Notes under the pieces: model-generated | The model's database searches: none | What the model was told of the DNA's origin: nothing | The model's input: only the letters and a program-made list of their open reading frames with translations | Shown here: positions 1 through 12,098 of the stretch, piece by piece | How the letters are laid out: the number at the start of each line of letters is the position of its first letter | Numbering within the stretch: position 1 is the first letter of the stretch | Origin: Eledone cirrhosa | Taxonomy: Eukaryota | Assembly (NCBI GenBank): GCA_964016885.1 | Contig: OZ024744.1 | Location: 107,756,001 to 107,820,000 of the forward strand | Reading direction: 5' to 3' | DNA: 64,000 nucleotides | Made by a program: the position numbers and the translations under genes

Positions 1-2191
1 AAGTACCACTTAAAACATTCTCCACACCGATGTGGTTAATGTTTGGGCAGTTCTGTGTCGATGAAGTGGACGTGGAAACAGCTCCCTTTGGAAGAATTGT
101 GGACATAGGAACGGTTTGGGTTGGTGTGGATATCAGGGGCAGTTTTTGACTGGGTGCAGTGGAGACTAAATGCGTTTGAGTAGGGGTCGCAACTAAGAGT
201 TTCTGCGTAGGGGCAGCCGAGACCAAAATCTTTTGAGTTGATGACGTAACTAAGAGTTTTTGCGCTTGGCTTGGCACCAAAAGTTTCTGGGTTGGGGCTG
301 AAAATAAAAGTTTTTGAGTTGGGGTAGAGACTATAATTTTGGGGGTTAGCGAGGTCGTAGGTAATTTTTGTCTGGCAATGGTAACAGGTAGTTTCTGCTG
401 TAAGACAGAAACTGGGAGTTTTTGTTGCAGGACTGACACTGGGAGTTTCTGCGTAGCAAATGACATTGGGATTTTATGTGTAGCGATAGGTACAGGAAGT
501 TTTTGCGAAGATAACTTTTGTGCCATTGTGATTGCCGTGATCGGGACTTGGGTAACAGCAGTGACGGGCATTCTCTGGGTAATAGCTGACATTGGAACCT
601 GAGTTATAGTTGTTCCAGGCACCTTTTTTTGGGATAGAGCAGAGACAGGTAGCTGTGTAATGCTACTAATAGGTACCTGGGTGATGGCCGACATCGGAAC
701 CTCAATTTTCTGCCCTAAAGCTCTTATGGGCAACATATTTGAAAACTGACCTATTGGAACTTTCTGGGCTAAAGTTGTCCAAACATGGGCAGCTGCCGGC
801 CCAGATACAATGCGTGTGGCTGCACTGACTGGGACAATGTGAGCGGAAGATCCAGATGAGCTTAAAGGTAAAACACGGGTTACAGAGCTGGTATTAATTG
901 TTGATGGTGGGTAAGACATGTGGGTAGACAGACTACCTGTATGGATGGTTTTCGCTGATGCTGTTAATAACTTTACAGTGGTTGCATTAGCTGGTATCTT
1001 ATTTGTTGGTCGGGGCTCTATTTTCACAGCTGTTTCTAATATCCTAGCAGAAGTTGAGGGGAGAGATGTAGAAATGACACGGGTCACTGCTTCTAATGAT
1101 GATGATGTTGAAATTAATGATGATGTCCCCATCCGCAAATCAGCAGTTGGGTGTTTATCCTGAGAAGCTGGGGCACTTATAAGCAGTTTCTTGGAACTAA
1201 TTTTTGTCACCTTCTTAACAGAGTTAACCTGCAGCCCAGCCTTTTTAGTACCAGTCGATGTAGATGTACCAACACTCGATGTAGCAGTTGATTTCTTTGA
1301 TATAATCCCACTTCCAGTTACACTTGATAACTTCTTTGTCGATATGACTTTGTTAGGGTTCGATTTTTTTGTATTAGTTTTCTTGCCCCCAGACCCTTTT
1401 TTGCTGGAAACACCTGGCTTTCTCCCAGGGCCATTTCCCTTCACTTTTTTACTACTACTACTGCTGCTCCCAGATAGCTTTTTAGCTGAAGACTTTTTCG
1501 ACACCCCTACCAACTTTTGATTACCAGCAGAGCTAGTGGAACAACTTTTGGTATTAATTAACGAATTATTATTGGTAGTATTTTTACTTGAAACAGAATT
1601 AATGTTTGCTTGTTTTTGATGTGAAGTACATTTGCTTTGGGTGCCACTAGGGTTGGAGGGAATTTTAGAGAAGTCTTTCTTAAAAGCATGCTTTGACGAA
1701 ACAGATACAGCTTCACCTACACCAGCGCTAAGTGGTGCTGCTGTAGAGTGCACATGTTCAGCCCTTACAGAACCAACACCTTTTGTTTTCCCACCTCCAC
1801 CACCTCGGCTGCTAGAAGTGCCTGTATAATTATCATCCCTCTCGTTACCACTACTAACCAAAGATTTTCTATAGCTACCCAGCCCATTACTCTGAGATTT
1901 CGCAACACCTGAGCTAGTAGCTGACCTGCGAGCACTTTTGCGACTAGCTGTTACCTTTTCATCAGAAACAAGGTTTTGCTTATTACTAAAATTTTTATAA
2001 TTACACTTTTTACTACTTTTTTTACCAGAGTTTCGTTTAGACTTAGCTTTTTTCACCTGATTATAAGCATCATCTCTTGTATACGTGAAAAGCATTTCAT
2101 CCTCTTCTAGTTCGGCTCGTATTTCTTCCTCTTCTTTCAAGGATTTTAGCCGCGCCAATTCCCAGTCCTTTTTTGCGCTCTCAATGTCCTC
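1..2191 (-). CDS. SRCAP: SRCAP/Domino exon w26: EDIESAKKDWELARLKSLKEEEE...FTYTRDDAYNQ, then a long K/S/T/P-rich tail open to the window edge
   Basis: Polypyrimidine tract and TAG acceptor at 2192-2194, phase 0 after w25. Spot translations are open, and the ORF track lists no minus ORF here, as expected for a frame with no stop before base 1. The part below 2057 may be isoform-specific. Confidence 0.85.
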
Positions 2192-2229
2192 CTACAAAAA
2201 GAAAAAAGAAAAAAAAAAAACGTTTTTTA

Positions 2230-2760
2230 ACACCTAACATCCAGGAATTGTTTAGCAAAAAGTATCTAAAAATAGGTTTATTTAAATGTTTATATTAACT
2301 TTACTGGTGGACAGATTGTGAAAATTTGCAGTATTAGAGTGAAAACTAATTTTTAATATGATGTAGTTATAGATCTGTTTTGCATTAAATGTTTATAGTA
2401 TCTTTACTAGTGTACAGATCATACTAAAGATGTTCAGTATTAGAGTAAAATGATGCAATATTTTTTCTTCTAAAAATGTTTAAGTACTAACACCTTGCAA
2501 TGATTGAGTAGAAAATATTTAGGAATAGGTTTATTTCAAATGTTTGTAGTATCTTTACAAATGAACAGATTGTGAAAATTTACAGTATTAAAGATATTTA
2601 ATGTTATGCAGTTAAATAATATCTAAAAATATTGTTAAATATGCAAAGTTTTGAATTAATTCTTAACATCCTATAATGTTTTAACAAAAAATATATTTTT
2701 TAAATGTGGTTTGTAAATGTTGGTACAATATTTAATGTGATGCAGTTATTCTTCTTAAAA
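2230..2760. repeat. Degenerate tandem copies of an AT-rich repeat (TAACATCCAG..ATTTAGCAG..ACAGATTGTGAAAATTTGCAGTATTAGAG); also near 3870, 4875, 18521, 30140, 50220, 55040
   Basis: Recurrent motif visible in both orientations; class unknown. Confidence 0.7.
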
Positions 2761-2795
2761 TAATGTTTGTATGTTACAAATAATAAAGTGTTTAA

Positions 2796-3865
2796 CCCTT
2801 TAGCATTCACATTAATTTGTCAAATGTCATGTTTATCTGTTCACATTATTTTCAGTTAATCGTACTCAAGAGGGTTATCAATTTTACTTGTTTGTAATTT
2901 TCTTAATTTTCTATGTGCAGGCTTCAAATTTTGTCAGTAGATGTTTAAATATCAATAATTTACAATTATATAATTTACCTGATTTTTTTGGTTAAATTTG
3001 ACTTTTATGGGCAGGTGAAATTAATTAATAGGGGCATTTGAAGTATCAACCAGATGCAAATACTGGTTTAATTTTAAATACCTTCTTTTCGGCATAATAC
3101 TTGATATATAAGGATCACTAAACCTTATATCAGTGCTCCAGTAATTCCACAGTCTTGGAAATTGTTTTATACCGAACATAATATTTACGGTAAAAAATGC
3201 TTGCATTTCCGCAGCATCTGTCGGTCGCCATAACAGATCGGGTTTTCATCGATTTGAAATCTGTTGTTGGGCATATCGATTAATCTCTTCTGCCACAACT
3301 TCGAAGAAAGTTTGTGGTAAAAACAAAAAGAAATAATCCAGTGCTTTAGCATCAGGAGCTAATATGTGTTGTGGACCAGTATTTTGAATAAAATCGGGAA
3401 CATATATTGGTGTGGTACTTTTCAACCACGTTGCTGTAATATTGTAATATTTTCAATGGCGTCCTGGAGATCTCCGTTTTCACTTTCAAAACAACAATCA
3501 TCGTCGGATGAAATTTCAAAAATGTAAACATCTGATTCATTTGAAGATAAATCACTAATATTATCTTTTGTTTCTTGTTCATTCTGAATGTCATCGTGTG
3601 TAAAACCTTCAAAGTCGGTATCGCTACTTTCACAAAAAATCTGTTCTACTTTCAATGTTAAAAAAACGTGTTGTTTCAAGTCGTTTCACTATATTAAGTG
3701 TTAATTTTCGCGGTAAGGGCCTAATCTCGCAGTAATCTCCAAATGACGAGATTTTGATGATGGTATTGTTTATTTTTAGAACAATATTTTAGTGTGGGTG
3801 TTATCGGCTGGTTTTGGCCGGATTTAACAAATGAAGGGGAAATAATTGCTTTGAACACTAAAGAG
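2796..3865 (-). mobile_element. Internally deleted piggyBac element, copy 1
   Basis: TTAA on both sides, termini CCCTTTAGCATTC / GAACACTAAAGAG, acidic N-terminus and transposase remnant (LWNYWSTD...SIMPKRRYLKLNQYLHLVD). Confidence 0.88.
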
Positions 3866-4024
3866 TTAAATTAACTCCTAACATCCAGTAATGATTTAGC
3901 AGTAAACATATAGAAAACATGTTTGTTAATTCAAATGTTTACAGTATCTCTACTGGTAGACAGACTGTAATGAAAATTTGTAGTATTGGAGTAAAGATTT
4001 TAATATTTAATGTGATGTTAGAAA

Positions 4025-4214
4025 TAATTGTTTCTACTTTTGGCACAAGGTCAGCAATTATCCAATACATTACTGGTACTTATTTTATCGACCCCGTAAG
4101 GATGAAAGGCAAAGTTAACCTCAACGGGATTTGAACTCAGAATGGCAAGGGCCATAACTCTATACGTCGAAGCATGGCGTCCGACCTTCTACCGATACTG
4201 CCAATCCACCGCCC
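4025..4214 (-). mobile_element. tRNA-derived SINE, family 2 (also 58748-58938, ~53318-53440, ~44650-44855)
   Basis: Minus strand has A-box-like TGGCAGTATCGG and B-box GAGTTCAAATCC, then CTTTGCCTTTCATCC; close copy at 58748. Confidence 0.75.
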
Positions 4215-4435
4215 TATGATGTTAGAAATAATGTTGGGTATGTATAGATGTTAGTGCATCTATTTTTTTTCTAAATAAATTAACTAAAACATGATTTAAA
4301 GAAAAATGTTAATAAATCAATGTATTTAGTAACGGGCATATCATACAGGTGGGTTGGTCTCAATTAAGATGGTGTTTGGAACATAACTTGAAAAAGATTC
4401 TTACACAAAAGTATAATGGAAGATAAATATAAACA

Positions 4436-4510
<75 letters not shown>

Positions 4511-4606
4511 TAAACATTTTAACACAGACAATTTGTATAATAGAAACAGGGTTATCAAAAGGGTTAAATGCAAGGGCTAAAAATCTACAAAATATGTCTT
4601 CCTCAC

Positions 4607-4690
4607 CTCTGCCATTTGTAGCTCCTCGCTACAAAAAGGCTCCATCTGGGTTTCCAAGAAAAGGACAGCATATCGTTCAACAGGTGATAG
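4607..4690 (-). CDS. SRCAP: Exon w25: LSPVERYAVLFLETQMEPFCSEELQMAE
   Basis: CAG acceptor, GTGAG donor, 84 nt, phase 0-0; matches the conserved L(T/S)P(I/V)ERYA motif of SRCAP/Domino/p400. Confidence 0.92.
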
Positions 4691-6030
4691 CTGCAGAAGA
4701 AAATTGAAGTAGTTATCAACACGATTGCCATCATCAGTTTTATGTTAGATTCATCATGTTGCAAAAATATTTAATGTGATGCAGTTTAAATTTCTCGATA
4801 TTGTTCACAACAGGTTTACTCATCTAACCCATGCTATGCGGTGATGATGATGAATGTTACAAATGATGCAGTGCTTAACTCCGAACATCCAGTAATGATT
4901 TAGCAGTAAATAAATAGAGAAACAGGTTTGTTAATTTAAAGGTTTATAGTATTTTTACTTGTAATGAAAATTTGTAGTATTAGAGTAAAGATTTCACAAT
5001 TTAATGAGATGCAGCCAGTGTTGTACTACATTTTCAATGTACCCAACCAGTCGAGTTCACTTTAACACCCTTCCCCATTCATTTTCATGACTTCTTTCAT
5101 CCTTCCTTAACACATCACTCAACCATCTCATTCATAACACACATAGCTCTCTCTTCCATTCTCCTCTGTCTCCCTCCCTCTTTCTATGTCTCTCATAACA
5201 CACATCATCAGTTCTATTCTTCTCACCGAGTTACTTTCTTCCTCAACACATGATCCATACATCATTCCATTTCTCTTCACATCCAAACTTGTTTTATTCC
5301 CATCATCTTCAATTCATTGTTTGTCTTCCTCTGCCTCAGCAATACTCCACTTATTCACTCAACCATTCTCATTTCCATTTTTTCCAGTCTTTTCTGTTGC
5401 TCCATATTCATCATCCATCTCTCTCACTTGTAAATAGTGGCACATCTCATACATGCAGTATACATGTTATCCCTGTACTTCCGTTACTGCCTCATAATAT
5501 AAAAAAAAAAAACATCAGACCTTCCTTAAAATTCCCCCTATACATTTACTTCCGTCTTCAAAGAGGTCAGCTCAATCTCAACATTTCACCATCCATTGTT
5601 CACCTTTATACATTTCTTTCACCTATTCATCTCCCTTAGTCCATCCATACTCTTTGCTATTAACACCAAGACATCTACATACAGCAATTCCCATGGTAAA
5701 CCAGCCTCGATACTTCAGGTCAGCACCTTCATCACAACTACTAATAGTTAAGGGCTTCATATTGATCCCCTGTGCACCTCAACCTTTACTTTAAACTCAT
5801 TACTGTTCTTGTCATTCGTGAAACTGAAAGATACAGAAAGACTGACCTTAGTATTGAGCTGGTACTTTATTTACCAACCTCAAAAGGATGGAAGACGAAG
5901 CTGACCTCAGCATGATTTGAACTTAGCATCCACCTTTCCTTAATTTCCAACCAAGTTCACAACAATGTCTCTCACTTCATCATTCAAGCAATTCACCTAT
6001 GACACCATGTCTCTCTTGCTTAACACTAAC

Positions 6031-6213
6031 CTCCTTCTCCAAAAGGCTCAGCTCCATTTCAACCTTCGACGTTTCATCTTCATCCTGCTTTCTCTCAGCC
6101 TCTTTGTCGTCCCAAGGGATGCTTTCATCAAATTCAGCCAGCTCTGCCTTCTGTTCAGCTTTCACAAGATCAGCAGCCATAACATCTGTCTCATCTTCTG
6201 CTTTGCACAATGC
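6031..6213 (-). CDS. SRCAP: Exon w24: ALCKAEDETDVMAA...AELAEFDESIP...LLEKE
   Basis: TAG acceptor, GTTAGT donor, 183 nt; conserved ALxxAEDExD and ELAEFxE motifs. Confidence 0.92.
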
Positions 6214-6464
6214 CTAGAAAAAAAGTTTTAAAATTATTTTGAAGGTTTAATAATATAACTAACTTTCTCATTAAGTTGGTGTTTGGAACAAACAAATGGG
6301 AGGTTTTTAAATAAATATAAACACTTTAACCCTCTCGTTAACATTTTTAATGAATGACACTGATTTTTAAATTATTTTGAAAATAATCATTTGGAGGGAT
6401 ATAGGTAACCTTTTTATCATTAAGCTATCTATCTATCTATCTATATATATATATATATATATAT

Positions 6465-7139
6465 ATACTACTCTGTGATTGTTTGCTTGCTTGTCTATAA
6501 TGTAATACAGCCAAAAGGGGGCATAATGGGAAAATACTTTGAAAGGAAGTTGAAACTGAATTGGGAATACAAATGAAATACAAGTTTTGCGTAAATTGGA
6601 ACACGGGTTTTCGAGAGAGAGAGAGACATAGAAAGAGGGAGGGAGGGAGACAGAGGAGAATGGCAGAGAGAGCTAGTGGTGTTGTGTATATATGTGTGTG
6701 TGTCTGTGTGTCTATGACCAATGTATATAGATCACAGACACACACACACACACGTGTGTATACATACACACACGCATATATGAGCCTTCCAGTTTCATTT
6801 CACAGTATATACATGTCTGTGTATATTTTAATTATTTAAAAATTATTTTTAAAAAATATTTTGAAGTGAACGTGACATAACAGGTCTACTAAAACTCTGT
6901 GATTGTGTAGTTGTCTGTAATGTAATACAGCCAAAATGGCGCATAATGGGAAAATACTTTGAAAGGAAGTTGACACTGAATTGGAAATACAAATGGAATA
7001 AAACAAGTTTTGCATAAATCGCAGCACAGGTTTTTTCCGAGTACCTTCATAGAGAGAGAGAGAAAGAGATAGTGGTTGCGAGAGAGTAGATTGAAAGAGA
7101 CAGAGAGAGAAATAGACAGAGAAGGAAAATGGAAGAGAG

Positions 7140-7189
<50 letters not shown>

Positions 7190-7834
7190 GCCTTCCAATT
7201 TCATTTTACATTATAATCATGTCTGTATATTTTAGTTATTTAAAAATTATTTTTAAGCGAACGTGACCCAACAGGTCACGGGTGGTCTAGTATATTACTA
7301 AAACTCTGTGATTGTGTGCTTGCCTGTAATTTAATACAGCCAAAACGGCACATAATGGGACAATACTTTGAAAGGAAGTTGCTCTGAAATGGGAATACAA
7401 ATGAAATAAAACAAGTTTCATGTAAATCAGAGGACAGGTTCCCCGAGATACAGGGTTTTTCAGGGTAACTTTATTCACCGTCGCATACACGGATTCTCTT
7501 TCCATTTACACGTGCTACAGGTCAGTTATTTTAGGTCTCCTTAGTAATGAGGACAATATTGGTTTGAGCACATGCTGAATTGGTCCCCACTAATTTCATG
7601 GTGAAACATTCTCCCAGTGAGTCTGTCATATGTGATTTAGTTATGAGGTTGGTTTTTTCATTTTAATTATAATGTATTTCCCAAACCTCTCATAGCTTAT
7701 ATGTTTTTCATGCTAGTGGTCTTATTGCCCCTGTTAATGAAAACAAACTCTGTGTTTTACCTCTCTATATTGTTTTTTTAAGTGCCCAGAGTTATACGCG
7801 AGTCCTTTACTCCGTTGCTTTACTTGATGTATGT

Positions 7835-7908
<74 letters not shown>

Positions 7909-8175
7909 TTATACTTTGGGAGGGTCATGTTGCCAATAATTCAGAAACGAAATATATATATATATATTAAAATACAAATATTAATAAAATAGATGTTCTT
8001 TTGATCAATTACATTTTATTATTCATATTTCGGATATATATATATATGTATATATATATGTATATATATAGGCCTTCCAATTTAATTTTATATTATATAG
8101 ATATCTGTATATTTTGATTATTTAAAAAAATATTTTTAAATGAACGTGACCTGTTGTGTCATGGGTGATTTGCTA
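6465..8175 (+). mobile_element. Three head-to-tail copies of a ~420-bp non-autonomous Helitron; third copy interrupted
   Basis: Units start near 6465, 6885 and 7291; 3' hairpin CGTGACC-caaca-GGTCACG (7262-7280) then CTAG (7287-7290). Confidence 0.7.
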
Positions 8176-8808
8176 CCAAAAGGGTTTAAATAATGTCTAC
8201 CTTTCATTACAAGATTTCTAATAAAATCTCTTACTAAGTATGTATCTTACTAAGGCGTAATGTACGTAACAAATGCATAAACATACACACTCATATACAA
8301 AATGTGGTGCCATCGTCATGTTATAAGATATCCATTTACATATAGTTGTCTGTAGTAGATTATTTTAGATAAAGTGTTATAATGTTTTAATCCAAATAAA
8401 AATAAAAATTATATGTCACTCCCGGGGTCTAACACTGTTATAACCCAATAACATGTATATATGTCAACAGTTTGGATGGGACCACCCATGTAAACTCTCA
8501 TATCTGAAGAATGTCGATTAAGAGTCGGGATCCAATCACATGATCAAACCCAAGCTGATCAATATGGAAAGAAATTGTAATAAAGTTTACAAAAAGCTGC
8601 AATTTTTATTGTCACTTTATATACACTCTGCAAACTACAGTGCCTTAAACCTGGAGCACAACCTACTGGGAGATGGACATAGTAACATCGACTAGCATCG
8701 CCGCAAGTAGCTATAATGTCGAGTGCTTTCCTACTATTACATCATAGTTAACATTGCAAAATGACCAATTCTACCCAGTGGTGAACTGCCAATTTAAAAG
8801 TATATGAA

Positions 8809-9140
8809 ATTCTTTCAGTCATTACCCAAGATTCATGACCCTAGATAAGGGTTGGCACAAAAACCGAATTGAAGTCAGCGAGTTTGGCTTTTACGCCTAC
8901 CTCCCTTTTTCTGATTATTGAATGTTGAAGCTGGCGCATTACTGCCCCAGCTTTTGCAATTCTTGCACTTAATTCAGCTTCTTGCCTTCCATTACTCGTG
9001 AACGCGATCACGAATACAAGCGGTTGAAGTGGGATTCCTCCAAAGGGTCTTTGGAGTAATATTACTCGATAATGTGCGTAGCTTGGAGATCAGAGAGTCA
9101 CTCCAGGTAGAGTCGCTACTTCTCGTGATTAAGAGATCAG
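8809..9140. mobile_element. RTE LINE fragment with an inverted 5' part
   Basis: 8809-9003 antisense and 9005-9140 sense, both matching 55806-56130. Confidence 0.8.
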
Positions 9141-9808
9141 AGCACAAACAAAGCGACAAACAAACGAACTCAAACGAAAATTAAACAGAAAACATGAGTG
9201 GAATAGCAACATCACAAAGTAGTAATTATGGACAAGATAAAAACATACAGACACACACAAAAACCAAACTAACAAAACAAACCAGACACATACAGATAGA
9301 ACACACAACCAACTAGTGACAAGTAAATAAACATATAAATAAAAAAACACACAACACACACCCAGATATAACATGTGCAAACCTCCCAGCACACATGCAA
9401 AAACAGATGGTGTAGGACAGAACAAAGGAGATACTCAAAATAATAAATCAGTTACTGAGGAGGTCACAGAATGTGTAACAAAAGAGCTTTGACAATATAT
9501 AAATAACTGGAAATGTGAAATTGAAGTGAAAACCAACAGGTGTGGGTGTTTTTATTGGCAACATGACCCTCCAAAAATATGACAATATATACATATACAT
9601 ACAAAAACAGCCATATGTATATATTATATATTATTTCAAGTATCACATCAAAGCTGCATTAGGGCAACACTAGCTGAATTGTTTGAGGTTGTCCCTATAC
9701 ACTAAATGATGCAAGAAATGAATTAATTCCTCCATCAGAGTGAACACATTGCAAGGTAGTACTCCAATATGGTCGAAGTCCGAAACCAGTTAAAGAATTT
9801 ATATTTAC

Positions 9809-9994
9809 CTGTTCCAGCTGAGTTATAAGACTAGGTTCTTTTCCTGACTCTCTGTTAACTGGTGTCTTCTGCACCGGTGTTGCTGTTGTTAATAACTTTG
9901 ACTCTTTCAACCATTCAGCACGTTTCCGTGCTTCCCGTTCTTTAGCCAGTGCCTGCAACCCAGTGGGCTCATCAAATAACTCTTTGATAGTGTT
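9809..9994 (-). CDS. SRCAP: Exon w23: NTIKELFDEPTGLQALAKE...LITQLEQ
   Basis: CAG acceptor, GTAAA donor, 186 nt, phase 0-0; TIxELF motif follows FFKQ. Confidence 0.9.
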
Positions 9995-10454
9995 CTGAAA
10001 TTAATTGGGAAAAGATGAATTAAGATAAAAAAAGATATTGGTTGTGTGGTTAAGGAGATCATTTCACAGCCATGCAGTTCTGGGTTTACTCCTGTTATAC
10101 ACTACCTTGCACAAGTGTCTTCTTCTCGACCAATGCTTTGTGAAAAGAATTTAAAAAACAGAAACTGCACAAGACAGTCGTATATATATGTATGATGATA
10201 ATCACCGTTTACAGTGAGTACTGGGCGCATTTAATCATGACTCCAGCATTACCACCTTAAAGGGTAGACTGGATGCTTTTTAATGTGGTGCAAGCACTAC
10301 CACTTTACAATGTAGGCTGAGTGCACTTTTTCATGGCACCAACACTAAGGTACTTATAGTGTCTTTTGCCCTCCTGTGGATGGGGGAGGATTACATGCTG
10401 CTTGCCAGGGAAAGAGGTCATCTCAACATGGGAGAGGGAGTGTTTGGTCGTGAA

Positions 10455-10740
10455 TTCATTCATCATCATCATTTCATTTTACGTCCGCTTTTCCCTGCTT
10501 GGAAGGGTGAGACGGGAACTGATTCTAGCTTGATTTCTACAGCTGGATGCCCTTCCTAACACCAACCTAATTTACAGTGAGTGCTGGGTGCTTTTTTGCC
10601 ATGGCGCCTACACGTCCACTTTACAGTGTGGGTTGGGTGCTTTTTTGCCGTGGCATCTCCACGACCACTTTGCAGTGGAATGATAGGGACCCCAGTCCTA
10701 TCATCTCATTTCTACAGCTGAGTAAACTGGAGCAATGAGC
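10455..10740 (-). mobile_element. Composite SINE, family 1, 5'-truncated
   Basis: Reverse complement of ~40900-41180 including the (GAT)n tail. Confidence 0.8.
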
Positions 10741-11118
10741 CTTCATCATTTTTTCCAAACTAAAAAAAGCTTTTAAATGCAAGTTTGAAAACAGAGGTAA
10801 TGGAGAGGAGTTCCAGATAAATCTTGTCAAACAAAATCTCCATATGGTTTAAATACTCAAGTCTCCGATACCCGAATGGCTAAATGTCAGCAGAAGGGCA
10901 CCCAGGAGTCATTACCTGGATGTGGCCCGGCTCCCTTACAGTATAAAAAGTTAGGGGCCAAAACACTTGCTTGAGGGGCTTTCTTCTTTGAAGACCTTCT
11001 GCTGTCCAGCTTTCCTGAAAGTTTCTTACGACTGAGGCATGCCTTAGCTTGTCTTGAAGATTCCTCTCTATCCTATGAAGTGGTAGGAATAAAGAAGTAG
11101 GTTCAAATCAAATTTTAC

Positions 11119-11233
11119 CTGCTTAAAGAAGGCAGTAGTGAAATTTCCACCTTCAATGGCCACATCTCCTAAAAGGCGCTTCTGATCAGCTTTTTTGAGA
11201 ATGTTCTCTTCAATAGTTCTTTCGCTGATTAAC
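11119..11233 (-). CDS. SRCAP: Exon w22: LISERTIEENILKKADQKRLLGDVAIEGGNFTTAFFKQ
   Basis: TAG acceptor, GTAAA donor, phase 2-0; highly conserved post-motif-VI SWR1 sequence. Confidence 0.96.
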
Positions 11234-11872
11234 CTAAAAGTAATTATTAGAATTACAAATAAATAAATGGGAATTATATGCAAATAAACTAAGTAAAATT
11301 TTTAAAACAATATTCAATAATACAAGCACTGCAGTATTAAAAGTAAATATGATGAGAGATTGGAGACTACATAGTGTGGAGAAGTAGATGCAGTAGATGA
11401 GTGGTTGTGCCCTCAGCCAGATTGGGAAAGGTAGAGGGGGGTGGAGTATGAGGTGAAAATGGACAGTATGTAGCTTGCCAAGAGAGGGAGTCTCCTTATA
11501 ATGAAAGAAAAAGAGAAACAGTTGGGTCAAAAGAGTGGCTTTGGTGAAAGTTAGTGACATCTAGTGTAATATTGAAGAATGCACCTGTCCTTCCATACTG
11601 GAATCAGGGATGTGAATGGCAGGATGACTAAGGTAGAGATGGGTCGGAGGATGTTCTCTTGTTTCATCTTGCTTGAGTGGGAAGGCAAGTCTTCTGTAGT
11701 ACAGAAAATCACCAGACAACTTGATCCTGTGTCATTTCCTTCATGAGATTCAACTTCTCAAGGTCAAACTTCTACACACACAACCACCACATTATATATC
11801 ATCATCATCATCATCATCATCATCATCGTTTAACGTCCATCTTCTACGCTAGCATGGGTTAGACAATATATA

Positions 11873-12040
11873 TCATGTTTCCCGGCGTCGAAGACACTAC
11901 TTTTTTCCTAAAATAAGTCTCAAAAATCTACCAAGCGTCCTTGAGGCCGAAGGTTGTTTATTATTCTTTTTCAAATTTTTAGTTGTCAAAATTAGGGTGA
12001 GTCCTCAAAGACGAAGCATCTTCGGCACCAGGAAATACAA
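11873..12040. mobile_element. Tc1/pogo-type MITE
   Basis: TA flanks; imperfect TIRs TCATGTTTCCCGGCGTCGAAGA / TCTTCGGCACCAGGAAATACAA. Confidence 0.6.
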
Positions 12041-12050
12041 TATATATTAT

Positions 12051-12098
<48 letters not shown>

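Noticed and set aside
339-1829. Four plus-strand ORFs
   Set aside because: Antisense shadows of the minus-strand last exon
5980-6030. ORF-track extension VSVKQERHGVIGELLE-stop as the protein end
   Set aside because: Read-through past the GTTAGT donor; the conserved LSPVERYA exon follows
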